Positions 34,128 through 44,237 of a stretch of DNA of 64,000 nt are shown piece by piece. Origin of the DNA: an uncultured Phycisphaerales bacterium (GTDB lineage: Bacteria > Planctomycetota > Phycisphaerae > Tepidisphaerales > Tepidisphaeraceae); the NCBI GenBank assembly GCA_963792535.1, contig CAWBWQ010000001.1, positions 96,001 through 160,000 of the forward strand, given 5' to 3'. Position 1 is the stretch's first letter; every line of letters begins with the position of its first letter. Under the pieces are notes generated by a model. It did no database searches. It worked only from the letters and a program-made list of their open reading frames with translations, and was not told the DNA's origin. Made by a program: the position numbers and the translations under genes.

Positions 34128-36669
34128 ATGTTGAGCGATTCAAGTCAAAATCGGCTGTTGCTTGAGGCGAAGGGAATCTTCAAATCATTCAATGGCATTG
34201 ATGTACTGAAGAACGCTGATCTGGATCTCTACGCGGGAGAGATACACGCCCTGGTGGGGGAAAACGGCGCGGGTAAGTCCACTTTGGCCAAGATTATTGG
34301 TGGGGTGCATACCCCGCGCTCGGCACGATTGCCATCGGAGGGCAGAATGTCCTGTTGCCCAATCCCCGCGCGGCAATCGCGCACGGTGTTGCGCTGATCC
34401 ACCAGGAACCACTTACATTTTCAGAACTAACGGTCGCGGAGAATGTCTTCATGGGGCGGCAACCGCGCGGCGTTGCGGGAATCCGCTGGGGAGAGATGTA
34501 CGAGCAGGCAGACGGCATCCTGCTTTCACTGGGTGTGAAGATTAACGCGCGGGCGAAGATGAGCGGGCTCTCGATTGCGGACCAGCAGATGGTGGAGATG
34601 GCCGCCGCCCTTTCGCAAAACGCTAAAATCCTGTTGATGGATGAAACAACCGCCGCCCTCACCCCCAGCGAGGTGAAGGACCTGTTCCGCGTGATGCGGC
34701 AATTGCGCGACCAGGGCGCGGCGTTGGCGTTCATCGGGCATCGCATGGAAGAAATCTTTGAGATTTGCGATCGTATCACCGTGCTGCGCGACGGGGATAT
34801 TGTCGCCCATCTGCTCAGGCGAGAAACTAGTATCGATGAAGTGCTGAAGCTGATGGTCGGGCGTTCGATGGCAAGCCTGTATGCGCGCCAGGTAAAGCAT
34901 CAAGCCGGCGAAATTGCGCTGGAGGTGAAGCAGTTAAGCCGGGCCGGAGAATTTTCGGATATCAGCTTTGATATCCGGCAAGGCGAAATCGTCGGGTTGG
35001 CCGGGCTGGTTGGCGCGGGGCGTACGGAAGTCGCCCGGACGATTTTTGGGATCACCTCGGCCGATTCCGGCGATATTTTGATCGATGGTAAATCACAAAA
35101 AATGGTCGGCCCGCGCGATGCAATGAGCCGGGGCATCGCGCTGGTGCCTGAAGATCGCCAGCACCACGGCGTATTGATGCCGCAGAGCATCTGGCGAAAT
35201 GCCACGCTTTCCGTGGCAGCGCGTTTGTCGAAGCTTGGCTGGCTGCGGGACGATGCGGCAAGAGCGCAGACAACGGATTATGCCCAGCGACTTCAGATCA
35301 AACTGCGAAGTATCGAGCAGCCGATCCGCGAATTATCCGGCGGAAATCAGCAGAAAGTCGTGTTGTCCAAATGGCTGTTAACCCAGCCGAAGATCATGAT
35401 CCTCGATGAACCGACGCGCGGGATCGATATCGGGGCTAAGGCGGAGGTGCATAAGTTGATCAGCAACCTGGCTGCTGAGGGAATGGCAGTGCTGATGATT
35501 TCATCGGAGCTGCCCGAGGTGCTGACGATGAGCGACCGCATCCTGGTCATGCGCGAAGGAAAGCTCATGCGCGAATTCTCGCGCGAGCACGCGACGCCCG
35601 AGAAGGTCATCGCCGCAGCGACAGGGCAGATGGAAAACAAGCCTGACGCATTGCCGGAACAGGATGCCCGTGCTGCAATGAAATCTAAGCCGCGCACGTG
35701 GATCAATAAGCTGCTCTCCACGCGCGAAGTGCCGATCATCGTGTCGCTGATGATGATTGTCCTGACTACCACCTGTTTCAATCACCAGTTTCTATCGGCT
35801 GAGAATTTGAAAAGCACCATGCTATGGATCCCTCTGCTGGTGATCATTGCCGTGGGTGAGATGATGGTGATTGTGACGCGCGGGGTGGATGTGTCGGTCG
35901 GTTCGATCATGGGGTTGTCGGGCATGATCGTTGGAATCCTGTTCAGGGATCACTGGACCGACAGCGTATCACTTGGTGTTTTGGCGGGAATGATGATTGG
36001 GGGTTTGCTCGGATCGTTCAACGGGCTCCTCATTTCGTTTTTGCGCGTGCCGCCTATCGTGGCGACCCTGGGCACGCTCGGATTGTTTCGCGGGTTAACG
36101 CACATCGTGAGCCGGGGTAACCAGATCAATGCCTACCAATTGCCGGCGTCGATCGATCGCTGGTCCAATGAAGGCCCGTTCGGAAGCCAGACACCCTTTC
36201 CGTGGCTGGTGATCATCGCCCTGGTGGCGGCGGGAGTCGGTTTTCTGTTCCTCCGTTTTACGCGCAGGGCCGCAATATTTATTCTGTGGGCGGAAACCCC
36301 GAAGCGGCCCGCCTGCGCGGCATCCGCGTCCGCAGTGTAACCTTTGCGGTTTATGCGATCGCCGGTTTGTGCAGCGGACTGGCGGGGGTTCTGTATGCGT
36401 CACGATTTGGTACGATCAATCCCGCGGCAATCGGGTCGGGGTTTGAACTGATCGTCATTTCCGCGGTGGTCGTGGGGGGAGTAAGCATTTTTGGCGGGTC
36501 GGGCACTGTTCCGGGCGTGGTGCTGGGAGCGCTGCTCCTTGGAACAATATACACTGCCCTGACAGTGCTGGGCGTGGCCGATGCCTGGCAGACGACCGCG
36601 TACGGAACGGTCATCTTACTTGCGGTCATTTTCGATCATCTTGTTCAATCAAAGAATCAGCGGGCGTAA
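34128..36669 (+). CDS. Sugar (rhamnose-type) ABC ATP-binding protein read in frame with a permease; apparent frameshifts ~34320 and ~36262
   Basis: GENGAGKSTL, LSGGNQQK, DEPTRGID, then RbsC-like VDVSVGS and VATLGT; GRNIYSVGGNPEAA in the next frame. Confidence 0.8.
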
Positions 36670-36696
36670 AGGTCGATCTGATTTCCCAATCGCATC

Positions 36697-37713
36697 ATGA
36701 CACAGGTCAAAGATCAGCAGCCTTCAGCCAAGCCCACGCCGGTGAAAACCTCGCGAGCGCGGCCCTGGATCGCTGTGCTGGCGATTCCCGAACTCATGGT
36801 CAGCGCCCTGCTGTTAGGCGTGCTTTGCGCCAGCACGGCACTTGAACCGCGGTTTCGCGATGTTGGATATCTTCTGGACCGCAGTTCACTTTTTATGGAA
36901 GTTGGGATGATGGCGGCAGGGATGACGTTCGTCATCATCGGCGGTCACATCGATTTATCGTGCGCGTCAATTCTCGCTTTGGTGGGCGCGATCGTGACCA
37001 CCTTGTCGGTGCATCATCATGTGCCGTTCGCCTTGCTGCTGGCGATGACACCCTTCCTCGGTGCGATCCTCGGCGCGGTAAATGGAGTGGTCGTTGCCCG
37101 GTTGGGCCTCCCGTCGCTGGTTGTGACGTTGGGAACAATGGCAATTTATCGTGGGCTCGCTCAGGTTCTGGTAGGCGATCATTCCGAGCCGGTGCCGGAC
37201 TGGTTTAAAGGACTGGATCAGGTGGCGGTAGGGCGCGGCAGCCTGCAGATACCAATGCCGATGATTATCCTGATTTGTTCGGCGGTGGTGCTGGGCCTTG
37301 TGCTTCACCGCACGGTGTTTGGCCGCTGGGTTTTTGCGATGGGGACCAACACCGATGCAGCTCTTTATTCCGGTGTTCCCGTGGCACGGGTAACCATCGG
37401 TTTCTTCATGTTAAGCGGCGTGCTGTCGTCGCTGGCAAGCCTGATGATGCTGTCGCGACTTGGCATCGCCCGGTATGACAACGCATCGGGGCAGGAGTTG
37501 GATGTCATTACCGCCGTGGTGCTTGGTGGAGCAAGCATCTATGGTGGACGTGGAACGATGCTCGGCACAATTATGGCACTGCTGTTAATCGGACTGCTGC
37601 AAACCGCCATGGGTGTCGCGAATATCAAAAGCGAATATCAGACAACCGCAAACGGCGCGTTGCTGATCGCCGCGGTCCTGCTGTCCAATGGCATCTCGAA
37701 ATTGCGAAGATAA
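36697..37713 (+). CDS. Sugar ABC transporter permease
   Basis: GHIDLS, LVVTLGT, FGRWVFAMG, ELDVITAVVLGG. Confidence 0.9.
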   Translation: MTQVKDQQPSAKPTPVKTSRARPWIAVLAIPELMVSALLLGVLCASTALEPRFRDVGYLLDRSSLFMEVGMMAAGMTFVIIGGHIDLSCASILALVGAIVTTLSVHHHVPFALLLAMTPFLGAILGAVNGVVVARLGLPSLVVTLGTMAIYRGLAQVLVGDHSEPVPDWFKGLDQVAVGRGSLQIPMPMIILICSAVVLGLVLHRTVFGRWVFAMGTNTDAALYSGVPVARVTIGFFMLSGVLSSLASLMMLSRLGIARYDNASGQELDVITAVVLGGASIYGGRGTMLGTIMALLLIGLLQTAMGVANIKSEYQTTANGALLIAAVLLSNGISKLRR

Positions 37714-37732
37714 TCTTTGGAGGAAATATCCC

Positions 37733-38787
37733 ATGCTCAAAAAACTAATTGTCAGCGGTGTTGTATCGGCCTTACTGATGACCGCCGCGTGTCATAAACG
37801 CGACACGACAGATTCGTCCAACGCTCCTGCCGCGGCGCGGGAAGCCTGCGGATCATTTACATTCCCAAGAATACCGGGAATCCGTATTTCAACAGCCTGG
37901 GCACTGGCTTCGAGCAGGGCTGCAAGGATTTGTCTGCGGACTATTTCACCACGGCCCCGGCAAACCCGGATGCCACGGCGCAAATCCCGTTCATCAAGGA
38001 TCAGGTGCAGCAGAAAGTGAGCGCGATCTGCATCTCACCGAACAGTCCCGATGCGCTGGATCAGGCTTGCGATGATGCCCGGGCCAAAGGTATCAAAGTC
38101 ATCATGGTGAACTCTGACATCACCGGAAATGAGTCGCACCGGGATGCGGCTATCTTTCCAACGGATTTCGACAAACTTGGTCCTTCGCAGATCGAACTGC
38201 TCGGATCGTTGATCGCCTATCAGGGTAAATTTGCGATTCTGTCGGCAACCACCGATGCGCCGGATCAGAACTACTGGATCGCGGGAATGAAAGAAGCGCT
38301 GAAGGATCCGAAATACGCCAAGATGGAACTTGTTGAGGTGGTCTACGGCGACGACAAACCGGAAAAGAGCCGAAAAGAGGCCGAGGGACTGCTTATCAAG
38401 CATCCTGATCTGAAGGCGATCCTGTCACCAACAACCGTTGGCGTGGAACAAGCCGCCAAGGCGGTGCAAACTGCGGGTGTATATCCCGGCGGAACCGGTG
38501 CAACCAACGGCGGGGTCGTGGTCACCGGCCTGGGCACTCCCGACCAGATGCGGGGATACATTAAATCAGGTGTGATCCCCGCGGTGGCTTTATGGAATCC
38601 GGCGGACGAGGGGCATCTTGCGGCATTTGTTGCCGCCGGGCTGGTCAAGGGAACGATCAAGGCAGAGCCCGGACAAAGCTTCAGCGTTCCCGGCCAGGGG
38701 AACTTCACCTTTGGAAAAAACTGCACCCTGATAGCAGGGCCGCCGGTGGTCTTTACCAAGGATAATATCGATCAGTATCATTTCTAA
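37733..38787 (+). CDS. Rhamnose-type ABC substrate-binding lipoprotein (RhaS-like); apparent frameshift ~37850
   Basis: MTAAC lipobox; IPKNTGNPYF after the shift; SATTDAPDQNYWI, VYGDD, SPTTVG, VTGLGTP, LWNP. Confidence 0.8.
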
Positions 38788-38826
38788 AGATACTGCGTTC
38801 GGGGGATCTCCCGTCTGATACTCGGC

Positions 38827-39349
38827 CTATTCCACCAGCACCGGAATGCTGACTCCGCGGTGTGGGAGGGGCAGCGATATGTTCGATCACTGGAATGTCT
38901 TCCAGAACATGCACCATGGCGATCTCATCGCAGTGGTCGTTTTTGGGGCACTTGACGCAGTCGCTCCATACTTTGAGCGGAAGCGTTTCTTTTTCGACCA
39001 CCTCGAATCCGAGACGTTCAAAAAAATGCTGTTCGTAGGTCAGCGACATCAGTTTGCGAATGCGTAACCGACGGGCTTCATCCACACACCACTTCACCAG
39101 TTGGGTTCCGATGCCCCGGCCCCGCGCTCGCTCGTCAACCGCCAGCGAACGCACTTCCGCCAGGTCCGCCCAGATAATCGCGACGCCTACGCAGCCAAGG
39201 ATCTCCCCGTCGACCTCATAGACCGCGAAGTCGCGCACGTGTTCATAAAGCTGGGCGAGGCTCTTGAAAAGCATCTTCCCCAATTCGGCGTGACTGCTGA
39301 TCACTGCCTGCATTCGCGGCACATCTTGTATGGTTGCATTCCGAATCAT
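38827..39349 (-). CDS. Short ArgA-like N-acetyltransferase (GNAT); last codons apparently frameshifted (...PRGVSIPVLVE*)
   Basis: LYEHVRDF, WADLAEVRSLAV, LPLKVWSDCVKCPK...CDEIAM. Confidence 0.8.
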
Positions 39350-39514
39350 CAAAAGTTCCAAATAAATTTGCCTCGCATTATGCTTGTATGATAGCATAGT
39401 AAGGCTCAGGTTTGTCAGCGGTGCCTATGCGGATGCCGATTGATCAAACTTCTTCCCCCGTTTTCATCACCAATTCGGTTCCACCCCCTTATGGTCCATC
39501 CGGATTATATGGGC

Positions 39515-39529
39515 CGGCACAGCCGTTGC
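39515..39529 (+). promoter_or_regulatory. sigma54-type -24/-12 motif
   Basis: CGGCACAGCCGTTGC (GG-N10-GC) about 44 bp upstream of ATG 39573. Confidence 0.65.
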
Positions 39530-39572
39530 GGTTGCTGCCTGGAACAACCCCATTTCTTCAGGAGTCTGCCCA

Positions 39573-39866
39573 ATGATTCAGCTGAACTCCGGTAATGTTC
39601 TTCTTAAGCCCTCTCACCGCAAACAACTCATGGCGTCGCTGCGCAGGGCCGCCAAGATGGGTGAAAGGATCGGAAAGTTTGTATTAAATCTGAAGCTGCA
39701 TCGCAGCGGAAGGGCCTTTGAAGTCAGTGCAAGTGTGAACGATTCCTTCGGTAAGTTCGATCTTCGAACACGCAGCACTGACTGGCGAACGGCGCTTCGC
39801 AGTCTTATAAAAATGCTTGCCGCCCGCCTGCACGGGCAGCTTGTACTTAAAGCGGTGGCGACGTAG
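39573..39866 (+). CDS. Small basic protein, probably with an HPF/RaiA-like fold
   Basis: AGGAG RBS; length and hydrophobic pattern align by eye with HPF (IQLNSGNV / FEVSASV / STDWRTAL...LAARL). Confidence 0.55.
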   Translation: MIQLNSGNVLLKPSHRKQLMASLRRAAKMGERIGKFVLNLKLHRSGRAFEVSASVNDSFGKFDLRTRSTDWRTALRSLIKMLAARLHGQLVLKAVAT

Positions 39867-40189
39867 ACGACCACCCCGGTCGATGAAAGTCAGTCGCACC
39901 GCGACGATGCGATGTTCGCTTTAAAGCAACATCGTCGGCGTGATGCAACTGACCACCGACCTTGTAAAAACCGCGGCACGCCCGTCCGGCAGTGCATCGC
40001 CATCTGATCTGGCCCCATTTTATCAGGTAGGCCAGGCATGGCGATGCGTCCCGGAACGCGGAGTGGGTGTCGGTACCCGCAGCGGTGATCGCCTCAGGCT
40101 GAAAAAGTCCGTCGCTTGTTCAACCCTTGCAATCGCGCGGGCGCGGATATCTTCGCCGCATGTGGAGTCGTTTACGACGGCCCGCAACG

Positions 40190-40261
40190 GCCGAAGTAGC
40201 TCAATGGCAGAGCACCGCTTTCGTAAAGCGGGGGTTGTGGGTTCAACTCCCATCTTCGGCT
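40190..40261 (+). tRNA. tRNA-Thr(CGT)
   Basis: GCCGAAG...CCGCT-TTCGTAA-AGCGG...GGTTCAACTCC..CTTCGGCT cloverleaf. Confidence 0.95.
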
Positions 40262-40442
40262 CATCGCGAACAAAAAAAGGTTGCCACACTCCCCGCAATT
40301 GCCTCGACGATCTCCCGCTAACTGTTTTGGTTTTAGCCCGATTCAAGTGGTGGCGATGCTCCGGTTTTTTCCGGACATCATCAGCGATGTTCCAGTGGCG
40401 CTCGACAGCATCGTTTCCCGCAGTATAATCTCTGCTCCTCAA

Positions 40443-40524
40443 GCCCAGGTGGCGAAACTGGCAGACGCACTACCTTGAGGTGGTAGCGCCGCAAGGCATG
40501 CAGGTTCAAATCCTGTCCTGGGCA
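40443..40524 (+). tRNA. tRNA-Leu(GAG)
   Basis: GCCCAGG...CTACC-TTGAGGT-GGTAG, long variable arm GCCGCAAGGC, GGTTCAAATCC..CCTGGGCA. Confidence 0.96.
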
Positions 40525-40536
40525 CATGAAGATAGC

Positions 40537-40591
40537 GAAAAAACCGCGTTGCCCGCCCTTGCGGCGAACGACGCGGTTTTTTCTTTTTTTT
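40537..40591 (+). terminator. Intrinsic terminator after tRNA-Leu
   Basis: GAAAAAACCGCGT...ACGCGGTTTTTTC stem followed by a T-run. Confidence 0.7.
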
Positions 40592-40753
40592 GGCACCGAC
40601 TGCGGGAGTTTGCCGAACCGTATTGCAGCGCATCTGGCGGTGCCTTCGAATGTCCTTTGGTCAGGTTTACGTCTGCCCCGACAGCATGAAGACAGCATGG
40701 CGATAATGCCGGCCATCTGCTCGATGCTGCCGGATTATCTGCTGCGGCCGACG

Positions 40754-41231
40754 CTAAGGTTGAAACGCCTGCTTCATAATCCGCAAGCGCAATGCATCGA
40801 CGCGCGAGCGTTGATCTTCCGCTCGCTGCTGAAGGTGCATGTAGTCGGGGCCGCTCAGCGCCGAAAACTCTTCGGCTGCCGTGGCGAGGCCTATCCATAA
40901 TAGACGTTTACCCTCGATTCCTAACGACAGAACCTCCAGCGACTGCAGCAATCGCAGCGGGCCCGTCGCCGAATCATCCACTCTCATTTTTACGCGTACT
41001 ACCCTTTGCATCGTCCAGGCCGAGAACCTGCGCACCGATGCCAGTCCTCACCCGAGCTTTTTCCATAATCCGCTCGAGTTGCTCACGGTCGGCAGCTACT
41101 TCCACCGTGAGGCTTCGCGCCAAAGACTCATAATCACGGTATCGGCTGGCAACATCTTCCAACATTGCAAGTGCCATCACTGCGCCGGCAAGGTGGTCAT
41201 TCAAATATGTTGATAAGCGGTATTGAGACAT
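40754..41231 (-). CDS. Ferritin-like four-helix hypothetical protein; apparent frameshift ~41020
   Basis: YLNDHLAGA...EVAADREQLERIM, then LEVLSLGIEGKRLLW...RAEDQ in the adjacent frame. Confidence 0.65.
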
Positions 41232-41507
41232 ACATCGCCCTTTTTGAACGCGAGCCTCCGAGCTATATAGCGATTCGCTCTCGCGTGGTTCCGGCGATTC
41301 GTACTCCGCTCCCGTCTGCTGCTCATACGTCGACGACGGACGAGCGCAACCCAAAAAGCCTTCTTGACGCATCGCTGGTTACGTAGCCTTTTCCACGCTT
41401 CTTCACCCATCCACCTAAGAGATCGCACGCTCGGGTGGTACACACCGAGCGTGCGATCAAGCGCGTGGCCGCTGGGAACTAATCGTTTTCCAAAACATCA
41501 ATCCCGT

Positions 41508-42410
41508 TTAGCTGTGTTGCACTTCTTGTTTGGCTTTGACCACGGCAGCAGACGAACCAGGAGTTCCAAACAACTGTGGATCAACGGGCCCAAGCACCGG
41601 CTCTACGCCCATCGGAGGCACTTTGTCCATGTATTTGAAGGTGCCTCTCCCGTCGGGTGCTGGACCACTGGCCCAGCTGCCAGATTTGCTTTCGCTTCCT
41701 TCGCTGTGATTCATGAAAGTGTAGTTCACGCGACTGTCCTCCATGTCGCGCGGAAAGCTACTCGGGCACGGCGACATCTCCAGCCCGTCCGCCTGCAGTT
41801 CGTCAATTGCAGCCACCCACAGATTCTGATGCATGGTGTCCCGGGCAATCATAAATTTCATCATGTCATGAACGCCTGCGTCATCGGTCGTGCCGAAAAT
41901 CCTGCAAACCTGCAACCTGCCCTGGCTTTCCGCGGTCACGTTCATGCGGAAGTCCGCAAGGAGATTCCCGCTTGCCACGATGTACTTGCCGTTCCACGGA
42001 AAGCCAACGCTGTCCGCGCACATCGCCCCGTTTCCGGCAACGATCATATGCTGCGGGTTCATGGCGGCAGCCATCAGCTTATCCTTGACACTTCCGCCAC
42101 CCAGCGCTGTTTCAATTAAACCGTTGCTCTTGGCAGTCGACTCTACCATCTGCGGGCTGGCCTCTTCGAGGAGTTGCGCGATCATCATGGTAAGCATCTC
42201 CACATGGCCGATTTCCTCCGTGGCGATATCGAGCATCATGTCACGGTATTTCGCCGGGCCACGACAATTCCATCCCTGGAACATGTACATCATCATGACA
42301 CTGATCTCGCCCCACTGGCCACCGAGTACTTCCTGTAGGCGTTTGGCCAATAAAGGGTCGGGACGGTCGGGCTTGCAGTTGTAGGCGGGTGCTTTAACGC
42401 GGTAAAACAT
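41508..42410 (-). CDS. Manganese catalase family protein
   Basis: LQEVLGGQWGE, DIATEEIGHVEM, NVTAESQGR, ARDTMHQ. Confidence 0.93.
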   Translation of the reverse strand: MFYRVKAPAYNCKPDRPDPLLAKRLQEVLGGQWGEISVMMMYMFQGWNCRGPAKYRDMMLDIATEEIGHVEMLTMMIAQLLEEASPQMVESTAKSNGLIETALGGGSVKDKLMAAAMNPQHMIVAGNGAMCADSVGFPWNGKYIVASGNLLADFRMNVTAESQGRLQVCRIFGTTDDAGVHDMMKFMIARDTMHQNLWVAAIDELQADGLEMSPCPSSFPRDMEDSRVNYTFMNHSEGSESKSGSWASGPAPDGRGTFKYMDKVPPMGVEPVLGPVDPQLFGTPGSSAAVVKAKQEVQHS

Positions 42411-42465
42411 AAACGAGCTCCACAAAGTGAATAAATGAAGAAAGAAAACGACGGGCAAGTCGCCA

Positions 42466-42480
42466 GCAACCCGAGCGCCG
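42466..42480 (-). promoter_or_regulatory. sigma54-type motif upstream of Mn catalase
   Basis: Reverse complement CGGCGCTCGGGTTGC (GG-N10-GC). Confidence 0.5.
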
Positions 42481-42553
42481 TAACTGTAAAATGACTCCTA
42501 AGGGAATTTGGCCGCTGCACTCAGTTGTAGAGGCGACGTAGGCTGTTGCTACT

Positions 42554-43294
42554 ATGCTACACCCCAACGTTGCGCCCGGCGTCCATCGAATCGAAGACGG
42601 CTATGTGAATTGGTACCTCTTGGAAGATGGTGCAGACCTGACGATAGTAGATTGCGGGATGACCAGAAGTTGGCCGTCGCTGCTGGCTGCATTAACGCAG
42701 CTTGGACGGTCGCAGTCGCATGTAAAAGCCGTAGTTCTGACGCACGCCCATTTCGATCATGTCGGTATCGCCGAGCGATTGCGTCACGAATGGGATCTGC
42801 CAGTCTTCGTTCACGAGCTGGATTCAAAGCTGGCGACGCACCCTTTGAACTATGACCATGAAACCAGCACACTCCGATATGCGTGGCGTCCTTCTACAAT
42901 GAAAGTGCTTACTTCATTTATGGCATGGGGCATGCTCTCGACCCCGCCACTCAGCGCTGTCACAACCTACCAGGACAATGACGAACTGAATGTTCCAGGC
43001 CATCCTAAAATAGTGTTCACACCCGGGCATACATACGGTCATTGCTCGCTGTACTTGCCGGACCGCAATACACTCATTGCCGGCGACGCGATCGTCGAGA
43101 CCGATCCCTACACACAAAAACCGGGTCCACGCATGGTGTGTCGGGCCGCGACCGCGAATGTCGAGCAAAACCGCCATAGCCTGGACCGGTTGGTGGAGCT
43201 ATCCGCAGCAACGGTGCTCACCGGTCACGGTAGACCAATCACAGACGGTCTGGCGGCGGCAGTGGAGAGTGCTCGACGGATCCCCGTGACTTAA
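42554..43294 (+). CDS. MBL-fold metallo-hydrolase
   Basis: THAHFDHVG, TPGHTYGH, GDA, GHG. Confidence 0.9.
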   Translation: MLHPNVAPGVHRIEDGYVNWYLLEDGADLTIVDCGMTRSWPSLLAALTQLGRSQSHVKAVVLTHAHFDHVGIAERLRHEWDLPVFVHELDSKLATHPLNYDHETSTLRYAWRPSTMKVLTSFMAWGMLSTPPLSAVTTYQDNDELNVPGHPKIVFTPGHTYGHCSLYLPDRNTLIAGDAIVETDPYTQKPGPRMVCRAATANVEQNRHSLDRLVELSAATVLTGHGRPITDGLAAAVESARRIPVT

Positions 43295-43319
43295 ACTGAT
43301 ATAGAGATCGTAATCGGGT

Positions 43320-44189
43320 TCAATCTCGCCGTGCGGTGCGAGCTCCGAATGCCAGTCGCCATAAAGCAACGACGGCGATAACGAGAGTAACAAGCAGCAT
43401 TAACCCCACTGCGCAAGCTGCCCCTATCGCCACACGAACGGCTGTGGTGATGTGGCCATTTTCATTTAGAACGCCCAGTTGAATCAGCGCGTCGCGGGGT
43501 CCGGCCGTTGCACCTTCGGACATGACGCGCGCATTGCTCGATACAGCGGGTTGCACATCGGGGCGCGCACTGAGTTTGATCGCGTCGACGGCGGAATCAC
43601 TCAGCAATTGTCTAACCGGTGGAACAATCTGCTGCATCATGCGGCGGGTCAGATCCTCCAGCTTCGTCTGGTTATTATCATTGAGCGCGGCATCGATTGA
43701 CTGATTTACCTGCCGGTCCAAAGCAAGCGTTACCGGGGTGATAAGCTCGTCTGCGATAAAATGACGGACGACCACAGGGTTTTGATTCACCAGCGAATTC
43801 ATCACGCCTTGCGTCGCGCCCTCCGCGACGCACTGCGAAACCAGGCGAATAGTAGAGCGAGTTCCTTCGGGTAAAGCATCGACGGAGGACTGCTCGATCG
43901 TGCGTTTGACAGCAGGGGAAATTTGAACCAGGTACGCGATTACCTCGTCGAGAAAGCCACGGCCTACACCATGGCCCAGGTCAACACTGAGTTGCTCCAC
44001 AGCAGGTGATTGTGCCAACTCCGTTAATCGTTTTTGATTCTCCGGCTTGGTGAGCTCGTCCAAACTCTGGGCCGCGGCGGGCACTGCCGCACGCGCAGCA
44101 GAATCGCCCGCTGCCCCCGCCATCCGGTCAACTGTCGCGGCACACCCGCACAGGGTAAAAAGGCAGATAACAACAATACTCTTCATCAT
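43320..44189 (-). CDS. Hypothetical lipoprotein with C-terminal transmembrane helix
   Basis: LCGC lipobox; helical body; hydrophobic C-terminus. Confidence 0.6.
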   Translation of the reverse strand: MMKSIVVICLFTLCGCAATVDRMAGAAGDSAARAAVPAAAQSLDELTKPENQKRLTELAQSPAVEQLSVDLGHGVGRGFLDEVIAYLVQISPAVKRTIEQSSVDALPEGTRSTIRLVSQCVAEGATQGVMNSLVNQNPVVVRHFIADELITPVTLALDRQVNQSIDAALNDNNQTKLEDLTRRMMQQIVPPVRQLLSDSAVDAIKLSARPDVQPAVSSNARVMSEGATAGPRDALIQLGVLNENGHITTAVRVAIGAACAVGLMLLVTLVIAVVALWRLAFGARTARRD

Positions 44190-44237
44190 AACGATACCGG
44201 TTCCACCAGAAAGTATGCTCTACTGCAAGACACTCGC

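Noticed and set aside
39940..40428. 162-aa ORF and its antisense ORF
   Set aside because: They overlap tRNA-Thr and lack protein-like features
41345..41361. Sixth sigma54-like motif (reverse complement GGCTTTTTGGGTTGC) upstream of the ferritin-like gene
   Set aside because: Spacing is GG-N11-GC; valid only if the T-run is a homopolymer error
41364..42119. Long ORFs antisense to real genes (this one is opposite Mn catalase; many similar)
   Set aside because: Shadow ORFs expected in GC-rich coding DNA
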